Assembly (NCBI GenBank): GCA_958296135.2 | Contig: CATQHZ020000001.1 | Span: 704,001-768,000 of the forward strand | Source of the DNA: an uncultured Poribacteria bacterium | GTDB taxonomy: Bacteria > Poribacteria > WGA-4E > WGA-3G | Length of the DNA: 64,000 bases | Reading direction: 5' to 3' | Shown: positions 39,348-48,210 of the stretch, piece by piece | Layout: the number at the start of each line of letters is the position of its first letter | How positions within the stretch are numbered: the stretch's first letter is position 1 | Made by a program: the position numbers and the translations under genes | Notes under the pieces: generated by a model | Told to the model about the DNA's origin: nothing | Database searches by the model: none | Seen by the model: only the letters and a program-made list of their open reading frames with translations

Positions 39348-41732
39348 ATGAGATGGGCATTTTCCATTATCCTTTTGTTTATTATCGGGTGCGACCTGGG
39401 CCAGCCGCCGCGGCGCACAAACCCAGAATTCGCGGTGCAGTATCAGGCGGGCGTGGACGCACTTCTCAACGGCAACCTTGAGGAAGCCGAGGAGGCGTTC
39501 CTCGCGTGTTTGGAGATCGACCCGGATTCTGTCAATGCGCGCATGCAGCTCTCCCGCGTCTATATCAAACAGCAACACTTTGAAAAAGCAGAAGAAACGT
39601 TAGACAGGCTTGACGAAACCTTCGCAAACCCGGAGTTGTTGCTCAGTCCCGAAGAACTGGCTGAGGCTTATGTCGTCTTGGCGCAAATCCATAGTTACCA
39701 ACGGGAGTTCAGCGAGGCTACCGATGCGCTATCCCGCGCCTTAGAGTTGAATCCAAAGGACATCAATGCGCGGATGCGATTGGGCTATTTCCTCGGCGCG
39801 CCGCAACAGATGCTGGTTCCAGATCTCGCCGCGTCAAAACGGCAATTTGAGGAGGTGCTGCAGCAAGATCCGACGCATCGCGAGGCGATGCTCCAACTCG
39901 GCCTGGCTGAGTTCCGATTGGGCGAGGCGGACAATGCAGCGCAAAGGTTCAGAGACATCATCGAAAACTACGGCCGCCACGCCGGTGCCTACTACTACCT
40001 TGGTGTCTATCATCTCCGGCAAGGCAATCTGGAAAAGGCAATTGAAAATTTCAACGAATCTCTCAAGGTTCGACCGGAGGATTTGGAGACAATCTGGAAC
40101 CTCTCTACCGCGCAGCGGGTAGGCGGATACGCTGACAATGTGTTAAACGCATTTCTTGACTTGCCAACGGAGGTGCAGCCCGATGCGGAGAGCACGCCTA
40201 CCGGAGAGAATCAAGATGAGGAAGTTGCTTCTACCGCGGAGAAAAGCAACCCTGCCAAGGCGAAGCGATTCATGGAGCTCGCACCGGCTTTAGGGCTGGA
40301 CAAAGTGGATGGGGGCCGCGGCAGTGCCTGGGGCGATTACGATGCCGATGGCGATCTGGATATCGTTGCGGTTGGGACATATCAGCCGCACGCGCTCTAT
40401 CGGAATAACGGCGATGGCACGTTCACGAACGTCGCCAAGGAAGCACGCCTCGCTGACCCGAGAGGCGGCTGGGGTTCACTCTTTGCTGACTACAATAACG
40501 ATGGTTACCCAGATCTCTATATCACGCGCGGCGGCTGGTCTGGTGCAGCGGACAACACGCTCTATCATAACAATGGCGATGGCACGTTTACCGATGTGAC
40601 GCGGCGCGCCGGCGTGCGCGCGCCTCAGAGCAGCTTCTGCGCCGCCTGGGCCGATTACGATAACGATGGCTACCTCGATCTCTACATCGCGAACGGGGTT
40701 ATCAGCGATGGTGCAGCAAATGTGCTTTACCGCAACAACGGCGATGGAACGTTTACCGATACTGCCGAAGAGGCAGGCGTTGCTCATACCGGGAGCTCGC
40801 TTGGCACCGCTTGGGGCGATTACAATAAAGACGGCCACATCGATCTGCACGTCGTCAATTACGCCGAACAGAACATTCTCTATCAAAATAATGGCGATGG
40901 TACGTTCACCAACGTTACGTCGAAAACCGGCATGGACCTGAACATCACCGATCCGTTTGTGACTTTTTTCCTTGACTACGATAACGATGCGGATTTGGAC
41001 ATTTTCATCTCTAATTCCGGTGCCTATCTTTCGTTTATCTTGTCCCAATTGAAAGGGAAGGCATCGCACGAAAGGGACCGGCAGGTGCTTTATCGCAACA
41101 ACGGCGATGGCACGTTCACGGACGTAACCGAGGCGTCCGGGCTTTACCAGGCGTTTGGCGCGATGGGCGCGAACTTTGGCGATGTCAACGGCGATGGTAA
41201 TCTTGACATTTATCTAGCGACAGGCGCGCCGCAGATGGGACGATTGGAACGCGACGCGCTCTTCCAAAATAATGGCGATGGCACGTTTACGGATACGACG
41301 TTCGATTTAGGGTTAGGCAACCTCGGGAAAGGACATGGCGTTACCTTCGGCGATGCCGATGCTGACGGAGACCAGGATATTTACGTCTCTGTCGGCGGCG
41401 CATTCATCGGGGACCAGTGGCCCAACTTGTTCTATCAAAACCAGGGCCCGCCAAGCAATTGGCTCACCGTCACACCGGTCGGTGTCAAGAGCAACCGAGA
41501 TGGCATCGGCGCGAGAGTGACGGTAACCGTCGGCGACAGGAAGCTTTACCGGGAGGTCAGCGGCGGGTGTGGGTTCGGTTCAACGAACAGCATCCCGCTG
41601 GAAATCGGGCTGGGAGATGTTACACAGGTGGATAGATTGGAAATCGTCTGGCCCTCCGGACAGGTGGATACGTATGAAAACCTGTCTGTGAATCAGGCAT
41701 TCGTCGCGACGGAAGGGGGCGGTTTGGAATGA
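39348..41732 (+). CDS. lipoprotein with TPR repeats + FG-GAP (CRTAC1/ASPIC-UnbV) domain
   Basis: IIGC lipobox, TPR helices, repeated D[YF]DxDGxxD / NNGDGTFTDV, and C-terminal SNRDGIGARV...IVWPSG. Confidence 0.9.
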   Translation: MRWAFSIILLFIIGCDLGQPPRRTNPEFAVQYQAGVDALLNGNLEEAEEAFLACLEIDPDSVNARMQLSRVYIKQQHFEKAEETLDRLDETFANPELLLSPEELAEAYVVLAQIHSYQREFSEATDALSRALELNPKDINARMRLGYFLGAPQQMLVPDLAASKRQFEEVLQQDPTHREAMLQLGLAEFRLGEADNAAQRFRDIIENYGRHAGAYYYLGVYHLRQGNLEKAIENFNESLKVRPEDLETIWNLSTAQRVGGYADNVLNAFLDLPTEVQPDAESTPTGENQDEEVASTAEKSNPAKAKRFMELAPALGLDKVDGGRGSAWGDYDADGDLDIVAVGTYQPHALYRNNGDGTFTNVAKEARLADPRGGWGSLFADYNNDGYPDLYITRGGWSGAADNTLYHNNGDGTFTDVTRRAGVRAPQSSFCAAWADYDNDGYLDLYIANGVISDGAANVLYRNNGDGTFTDTAEEAGVAHTGSSLGTAWGDYNKDGHIDLHVVNYAEQNILYQNNGDGTFTNVTSKTGMDLNITDPFVTFFLDYDNDADLDIFISNSGAYLSFILSQLKGKASHERDRQVLYRNNGDGTFTDVTEASGLYQAFGAMGANFGDVNGDGNLDIYLATGAPQMGRLERDALFQNNGDGTFTDTTFDLGLGNLGKGHGVTFGDADADGDQDIYVSVGGAFIGDQWPNLFYQNQGPPSNWLTVTPVGVKSNRDGIGARVTVTVGDRKLYREVSGGCGFGSTNSIPLEIGLGDVTQVDRLEIVWPSGQVDTYENLSVNQAFVATEGGGLE

Positions 41733-41883
41733 CGCAGAACGTCCTCGGTAGGTGCGGTTTGAGATGCCTGTCCCTCCCATATCGTCCTCAACACCGTAGG
41801 GCGAGGGCCTGTCCCTCGCCAGGTGCCGGTGCGCGCGGGGGACAGGCCCCCGCGCTAAGTGCCAGGGGCATCCTATGAAGAGC

Positions 41884-43791
41884 TCACCAAATAAAGCGAT
41901 ACATCGGTTTGTGGAGGAATATGCCCAAGAGGCCCCAAACACTGCCGATGAAGAATTCGCCGACGATGAGCCCTAAAAAGAAGGGCGCGACGCGGCGGAA
42001 CGTCCGAACGCCACCGAAACGGAGGATGGTTAACTTGATGAAATAACTGATAAATACCGAAAACCAGAAAAAGTTGACTGCCCAAGTCCCAGAGATGGCG
42101 TAGCCGATCGGATAGAGCGGCCACCAAAAAAAGCGGAGCCGCACTAAGGTGAACCCAAACGCGAAGAGCAGTCCGCAGAGCATGGCAATCACCGAGGGGA
42201 TATCGATAGGCATCGGGTTCGTCAGCCACTTTTGCGTGCGGTTGAATACTGAGCCAGACCAGACTTCAATCGCGCCGTGTTCATAACCGATGTGAAGTGC
42301 CACCCAGAATGCGACGAACGGGCTGAACACCATCGCCAGTAGCATTGCGACAGCGATGCGCCTCGGCGAACTATTCGCCCGTTCTGCTAATTTCAATCCT
42401 TCCAATTGATGGGGCATCGCATTGCCGCGGTAGGCGCGGTTGAAGCAGAAGACTAAGGCGAAGAGGGTTAAATTCTGTGCGCCGATGCGGCGCATCCCGA
42501 ACATTTTAGGCAGCAACACATCGGGGCCCATGGAGCGTAAATCGTGGATAGGCGGTCCCAACTCGGCGCGGATTCGCGTAATCACCGTAACCGTGGTCAG
42601 GTGGATGACGAAAACGAGGATGGCAACCCAGAGGGACATGCCTGCCATCCACCAGAAGCCGGTGAGCAGCAGGAATCCGCCGGTTAACCCTAGCACAGCG
42701 GTGCGATAGGACATTGCGTCGCCTTTCTCTTCTTCAGCAGGGTGCCATATCCGTGCTAGCACGTTTCGCAGATGGTGCCTTGCACTCCACAGTGTCATCG
42801 ACAGCACGCCGACGCAGACTCCAAACGACTGATCGAAGATAAACGGGAAGCCCGGAATCCGCTGTAATCCTGCTGCACTGCCGAAGATTAGCTCCAACTT
42901 CCAGAAAATGTAGAAAAACCAGAAGGTAAACGAGAGTTCTAGTGGGATAAAGTATGCCATCCCGATAACAAAGGGGAAGATGACGACAGGTGTCCATCCG
43001 ATAGCGTTCCACGGTTTCGTCGTGAACAGCGGCCGCAAATCGTAGAATTCGCCGCCGAGCCCCGGAAAGTTCGGGTAGAGGAAATGGAGGCCGTTGATAA
43101 CGTCAATGCTGCCGGCGAGAAGGATGCCTACCCACAGTGGTTTTGACCGGAAAAAGCGCGCCGTTGTCATCTGATACGGCAGTTCAATAATCGGGTAACT
43201 GAGTCGTTCCACTTCGATCCACTGCTTCCGCAGGATGACGTTAATGCAGAACGTCGTGAAGAGCAGGACGATGATGAACCCACTCCACGCCAGCACCGGC
43301 TTCCACCATAATTCCAGATGCTGCCTGAGATAGAGGCTGGATTCGCCGGTGAAGTAGACGGTGAGTCGGTTTTTATCGGTTAAGGCGAGCCAGTCCGGGA
43401 GATACCGGTGGAAGAGTGTCCGCCATTCATTTTCCTCTGTTGCCAGCCATCCTACCGTGGCGATGTTGGTGATAATCACCTCAACCAGGTCATGCCCACA
43501 GATGGCCGATGCTATGGCGAGCATGGCGTAAAGCGTTAGCAATTCGCCTTGCGTCAAGGCAGCCTTCGGAAAGAACCTGTGCGCCACTGCGTTGAGAGCA
43601 ATCAGTACACACAGCGCGAAGATGGTGTTAAAAAAAAGGGACATCGTCGTTGGGAACCCTTCGTCCCAACGCAGCGATGCGAACACCCAGTAGTTGTTGA
43701 AGGGGATGAGGGATAAACCGAGCCAGATGACCCGCCAGCGAATTTTTGAGGCGGATTTTTGAGATGGGCCTCTGCCTGGCGTGTTTCGCAT
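41884..43791 (-). CDS. large polytopic membrane protein (OPT-like; recalled as DUF6785/DUF6784-type)
   Basis: W..VERLSYPI, RIRAELG and WWPLYPIGY motifs; about 15 TM segments. Confidence 0.7.
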   Translation of the reverse strand: MRNTPGRGPSQKSASKIRWRVIWLGLSLIPFNNYWVFASLRWDEGFPTTMSLFFNTIFALCVLIALNAVAHRFFPKAALTQGELLTLYAMLAIASAICGHDLVEVIITNIATVGWLATEENEWRTLFHRYLPDWLALTDKNRLTVYFTGESSLYLRQHLELWWKPVLAWSGFIIVLLFTTFCINVILRKQWIEVERLSYPIIELPYQMTTARFFRSKPLWVGILLAGSIDVINGLHFLYPNFPGLGGEFYDLRPLFTTKPWNAIGWTPVVIFPFVIGMAYFIPLELSFTFWFFYIFWKLELIFGSAAGLQRIPGFPFIFDQSFGVCVGVLSMTLWSARHHLRNVLARIWHPAEEEKGDAMSYRTAVLGLTGGFLLLTGFWWMAGMSLWVAILVFVIHLTTVTVITRIRAELGPPIHDLRSMGPDVLLPKMFGMRRIGAQNLTLFALVFCFNRAYRGNAMPHQLEGLKLAERANSSPRRIAVAMLLAMVFSPFVAFWVALHIGYEHGAIEVWSGSVFNRTQKWLTNPMPIDIPSVIAMLCGLLFAFGFTLVRLRFFWWPLYPIGYAISGTWAVNFFWFSVFISYFIKLTILRFGGVRTFRRVAPFFLGLIVGEFFIGSVWGLLGIFLHKPMYRFIW

Positions 43792-43904
43792 TTTGGCGTA
43801 TCCCTCATTTGATGATGGCCGGATTTTTATTCTAAGGGCGGATAGAGACATCCGCCCTGACACTTTCGGCGCGTGCAGCGGGCTGAATCTCTCTAAAGCC
43901 CCGG

Positions 43905-44675
43905 CTATTCTTTAATCACAAAGAATTTTTCCTCTTTAATCCGTTCTTCAGGGAACCGTGCGCGCGCCCAGATGGCTTTCGCGTTCTCGATCATCTGAGG
44001 GTGTCCACACGCATAAACGACTGCGTTGGTGTGCTCGAAGCCTTGCGCGTCCCCATATTTGCGGACGATATCTTCGGCGCGGCCGCTTTCTCCCTGCCAG
44101 GCCGGGTCTTCCCATGGACGACTGACTGTGGGGACAAAATTGAACCATTCTTCTTGTGCGGCGAGTTCGTTGAGTTCGTCCATGTAGTAGCCGAGTTCCC
44201 ATGAGCGGCTTGCGCCGACGATGGCGAGGAGTTGGTGCGGGCTCGGTTCGCCGCGTTCCTGCTCGATTTTCTGGGTGCGCGCGATGCTGATATAGGGGGC
44301 CGCGCCCGTGACGGTGCCGGCCATGAGGTGCCGCGTCATGCCGCTCTCGGTGTCCATGACAAACTTCCCGACGAGGCGTTCCCGGAAAAACACGCTGTCG
44401 CCGAGTTTCAATTCCCAGAACAGCGGTGTCGTCGCACCTTCCGGCACCAATTCCACGAACACTTCCATGAACGGTTCATGCGGCGAGGAGACGATGGAAT
44501 AGGGACGTTGGACAATCTTCTCACCGACCTGAAAGCCGATAGTGGCGTATTGCCCCGGAATAAACGGAAGTTGCTTCTCAGTCCGAAATTTGAACGCCGC
44601 CAAGTCTTCGGAAAAGTCCTCACGTTCAATGAGTTCGCCTTTACAATACTGCGTTCTGGCGCGTCTTCTTTGCAT
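43905..44675 (-). CDS. fpr: ferredoxin--NADP(+) reductase
   Basis: FIPGQY, RPYSIVS, VSRP and YACGHPQMI. Confidence 0.85.
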   Translation of the reverse strand: MQRRRARTQYCKGELIEREDFSEDLAAFKFRTEKQLPFIPGQYATIGFQVGEKIVQRPYSIVSSPHEPFMEVFVELVPEGATTPLFWELKLGDSVFFRERLVGKFVMDTESGMTRHLMAGTVTGAAPYISIARTQKIEQERGEPSPHQLLAIVGASRSWELGYYMDELNELAAQEEWFNFVPTVSRPWEDPAWQGESGRAEDIVRKYGDAQGFEHTNAVVYACGHPQMIENAKAIWARARFPEERIKEEKFFVIKE

Positions 44676-45058
44676 AATAAGTTCCTTCACAATTAAATCA
44701 AGTTACGTCAAAAACCTCCGCAGAACGACTCAGGTCTCCCCGTTTGTAGTTTGGGCTCAGGCGAGCCTGAACGGGGCAAGATCCGGCGGTCTGGTTTCCC
44801 AACAGGGCGGGGCCCATTGTTGATTTTCACGGTGGTTTCCGTTAAAAACGGAAAACTACATCGTACTGAAAACCTCTGAACAAGTTTTTGACAATCGGGT
44901 TTGGTTGCATCTTTGCAGTATTATATATGAAAAACCAACGTGGATCAAGTTAAAACTTTTTCCTTGAAATATAATGCGGGTTTGGTTAATATGTGTAACG
45001 TAACCTAGACGCATCAAACTGCGTTTTTAAACGAAAACTATAGGAGGATAGAATCATC

Positions 45059-45838
45059 ATGTTGAAATTTATGAACGTCTTCGCTGTTGTCATCGTGCTG
45101 GTTGCGGGGTTCGTTTTCAGCGTCCAAGGCGCGAGGGATGACTGCGAAAATATTGATGGCAAAGGCGCGAAGCCCATCGATGAAGTCGGGAAAGAAAAGG
45201 ATGCCGTTCAAAACGATTACGACGAAGTCGTTGAAGAGGACGAACGCAAAGGGGTTACTTACCTCTCCCTCATTGGCGGCAGTCAACCCAAACCGAACGC
45301 CTGTGGACTCAATCCGAAAAATAAGGAAGATGAGTGGACTGGCTGGGGTGGCCCGCTGGATACCGACAACGCGACTATCGGTGAAGGTGTCGGCACGCGG
45401 AACGAAATCGTTATCGGTGGCATTTATTTTCCGCGCGGCATCGGCACACATACCATTGGCACACTCGTCTATGATCTTTCCGGTGACGACTACCTCAAAT
45501 TTGAGGGATACATCGGCATGGCAGACGAGAAGGACCCGGGCGAGTGCGGGCACGGCGGCAGCGGCGATTTCATCTTTAATATTGATGGCAAGGAAGCCTA
45601 TGCGTCCAAGACACTCCAGGGCACCGAAGATGGCAAGAATGTTGACGCAGTGAAAGTTGAGATTGACATTCCGGCGAACGCGAAGGAATTGGAGATTATC
45701 ATGGGCGATGGCGGCGATGGGCTCGGCTGTGACCATTCCGCAATTGGCGATGCGAAGCTGCTCAACGCGCAGGCACTTGTTGTTGAACCGGCAAATAAGC
45801 TTCCGACGATCTGGGGGCATCTGAAAACTCGGTACTAG
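45059..45838 (+). CDS. secreted NPCBM/NEW2 carbohydrate-binding domain protein
   Basis: Signal peptide, TYLS, GWG..DTD, IGG.YFPRGIGTH, GDG..CDHSAIGDAKL; tail VVEPANKLPTIWGHLK. Confidence 0.85.
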   Translation: MLKFMNVFAVVIVLVAGFVFSVQGARDDCENIDGKGAKPIDEVGKEKDAVQNDYDEVVEEDERKGVTYLSLIGGSQPKPNACGLNPKNKEDEWTGWGGPLDTDNATIGEGVGTRNEIVIGGIYFPRGIGTHTIGTLVYDLSGDDYLKFEGYIGMADEKDPGECGHGGSGDFIFNIDGKEAYASKTLQGTEDGKNVDAVKVEIDIPANAKELEIIMGDGGDGLGCDHSAIGDAKLLNAQALVVEPANKLPTIWGHLKTRY

Positions 45839-45878
45839 GAAGCGTGTGTGGGAGCTTGCTCCTACCGGTATGAAATGT

Positions 45879-45909
45879 AAGGACAGATTTCTATATCTGT
45901 CCTTTTTTT
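45879..45909 (+). terminator. intrinsic terminator formed by a family-C REP palindrome
   Basis: aaggacagat-ttctat-atctgtcctt followed by a T-run. Confidence 0.7.
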
Positions 45910-46139
45910 GTGCAAACACAGATTCTGTAGAGAAACCAGCTCGCCGGATCTTGCCCTGCTTTGTTTAGGCGAGCTCAAACTACAGGTATGTAACAACTGA
46001 ATCGCTCTTGGGGCAAACGCGTTTTTCCTTGCAATTTTATTTCGTTTATGGTATCATATTAAAAAGAGTTGCTACGCCTGAACCGTGGCGTGGTATTTTA
46101 CGTTCAAAACGAACTTCATTTCGTAAGGAGAAAAATCGA

Positions 46140-46907
46140 ATGAAAAAAGTTATTTTGACCCTCGGCGTGCTGGTTTTCAGCCTCATCGCTGTGCACATCA
46201 GCACCGCCGAGATTGACCTGGGGACAGCCGTCGGTATCTGGCTCTTTGACGAAGGTAAAGGCGAAGTTGCCGGTGACCTGTCTGACGCAGGAAATGATGG
46301 CGATCTGGTAAAATCGCCTGCCTGGGTGAAAGGCAAATACGGGATGGCTCTTGAATTTGATGGGAAAGCCAGCTGTGTCAAAACCGAACAGAAGCTCCTT
46401 GATGGTTTAGAGGAGTTCACGATTATTACGTGGGTGCAGACCGGGGACATCACGGCGAACCGTATCGGCCTCGTCGGGCAAAACGATTCGCCGGAATTCG
46501 GGTTTATCAATCCAAACGAGTTGAACCTCTGGACACCCACCGCTGGTGGAACCTCGAACCCGTGGAAATTCAAGCACGATGATGGCGAGTGGCACCACGT
46601 CGGTTGTGTCGCCACGACAGACTATGTCCACGTCTACATTGATGGCGAGTATGTTGAGAAGAAGGGCGGTTGGGCAGATCACGGCGCGTCCGGCTTTAAC
46701 GTGAACATCGGCGGTTGCGGCGTGTGGGATCCCAACGGCAACTTTTTCACGGGTGCCATGGACGAAGTCGCCATCTTCCACTCTGCGCTAGAGCAAGAGG
46801 ATATCCAGACGTTGATGGATGGCTTCCAGACCTATTTGGCGGTTGAACCGGCGAATAAGTTGAGCGTGACGTGGGGCCATCTGAAATCGATTAATCATTT
46901 CCGGTAG
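46140..46907 (+). CDS. secreted LamG-like jellyroll protein (tandem copy 1)
   Basis: AAGGAG RBS, signal peptide and LamG motifs; tail AVEPANKLSVTWGHLK. Confidence 0.9.
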   Translation: MKKVILTLGVLVFSLIAVHISTAEIDLGTAVGIWLFDEGKGEVAGDLSDAGNDGDLVKSPAWVKGKYGMALEFDGKASCVKTEQKLLDGLEEFTIITWVQTGDITANRIGLVGQNDSPEFGFINPNELNLWTPTAGGTSNPWKFKHDDGEWHHVGCVATTDYVHVYIDGEYVEKKGGWADHGASGFNVNIGGCGVWDPNGNFFTGAMDEVAIFHSALEQEDIQTLMDGFQTYLAVEPANKLSVTWGHLKSINHFR

Positions 46908-46975
46908 GCGCGGTTTGTAAGCACCCCGGTTGTCCGGGGTGCATAAGTCCTCATTTCATAAAGGAGAAGAATTGT

Positions 46976-47743
46976 ATGAAAAAAGTTGTATTAACCCTCG
47001 GTGTGCTGGTTTTCAGCCTCATCGCTGCACACATCAGCACCGCCGAGATTGATCTGGAGACAGCCGTCGGCATCTGGCTTTTTGACGAAGGTAAAGGCGA
47101 AGTTGCCGGGGACTTTTCTGACGCAGGAAACGATGGCGAGCTGGTGGACTCGCCTGCTTGGGTGAAAGGCAAATTCGGGATGGCTCTTGAATTTGACGGG
47201 AAAGCCAGCTGCGTCAAAACCGAGCAGAAGCTCCTTGATAGTTTGGAAGAGTTCACGATTATTACGTGGGTGCAGACCGGGGACATCACGGCGAACCGTA
47301 TCGGCCTCGTCGGGCAGAACGATGCGCCGGAATTCGGGTTTGGTAATCCGAAGGAGCTGGCTCTCTGGACACCGACCTCGGGTTGGAACCCGCACCCTTG
47401 GAAATTGAAGCACGGCGATGGCGAGTGGCACCACGTCGGTTGTGTCGCCACGACGGACTATGTCCACGTCTACATTGATGGCGAATATACCGAGAAGAAG
47501 GGCGGTTGGGCCAATCACGGCGCGTCCGGCTTTAACGTGAACATCGGCGGTTGCGGCGTGTGGGATCCCAATGGCAACTTTTTCACGGGTGCCATGGACG
47601 AAGTCGCCATCTTCCATGCCGCGCTGGAGCAAGAGGATATCCAGACGCTGATGGGTGGCTTCAACGCGTATTTGGCGGTTGAACCGGCGAATAAGCTGAG
47701 CGTGACGTGGGGCCATCTGAAATCGATTAATCATTTCCGGTAA
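46976..47743 (+). CDS. secreted LamG-like jellyroll protein (tandem copy 2)
   Basis: Near-identical to 46140..46907, including the RBS region. Confidence 0.9.
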   Translation: MKKVVLTLGVLVFSLIAAHISTAEIDLETAVGIWLFDEGKGEVAGDFSDAGNDGELVDSPAWVKGKFGMALEFDGKASCVKTEQKLLDSLEEFTIITWVQTGDITANRIGLVGQNDAPEFGFGNPKELALWTPTSGWNPHPWKLKHGDGEWHHVGCVATTDYVHVYIDGEYTEKKGGWANHGASGFNVNIGGCGVWDPNGNFFTGAMDEVAIFHAALEQEDIQTLMGGFNAYLAVEPANKLSVTWGHLKSINHFR

Positions 47744-47901
47744 GCCCTTCCAGATCTGGTTCTCTTTTGTTGGAGACGTAGGGCGGGGGCTTGTCCTTCG
47801 CCTCTCCATCGTATGCGAGAAACAGTGCCTCGCGCTACGGTAAAAGGCGCGAGGGTTGCGAGTTGAAAATCCGTACACGTGGTTGCAGGGAGTCATACAA
47901 A

Positions 47902-48120
47902 ATGAACCTACAGAAAATGCTGACGCAGGAGATGCATGAACTGCGTCGCCGCAATCCAGCGTTTCACGCGCTTTTGAATCAACTCCTGCATTACAAAGGC
48001 GGCACGGGAAATTATTCGGTCGACCGGCACGAACGGTTGGACGATGACCCGGATATTGAGACGCTCGCAGCGCGAATCCAACGCAGACGCGGGGCCGCGC
48101 CGAAGAACGAAAGCGCGTAA
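47902..48120 (+). CDS. small hypothetical protein (72 aa)
   Basis: GGGAG RBS then MNLQKMLTQEMHELRRRNP...; flanked by REPs. Confidence 0.45.
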   Translation: MNLQKMLTQEMHELRRRNPAFHALLNQLLHYKGGTGNYSVDRHERLDDDPDIETLAARIQRRRGAAPKNESA

Positions 48121-48210
48121 ACGAAAACCACCGGTAGGCGCGGTTACAAACCGCGCCTACCGAATTGTAAGGGCGGATGTCTCTATCCGCCCTACCGCTC
48201 TGAAAAAACG

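Noticed and set aside
40170-40206. REP-derived linker in the TPR-CRTAC1 gene (..agcacgcctaccgg)
   Set aside because: Only one palindrome end matches; too weak to call without a profile search.
46140-47743. DGR template/variable repeat pair
   Set aside because: Whole genes are duplicated, the differences are not adenine-specific, and there is no reverse transcriptase in the window.
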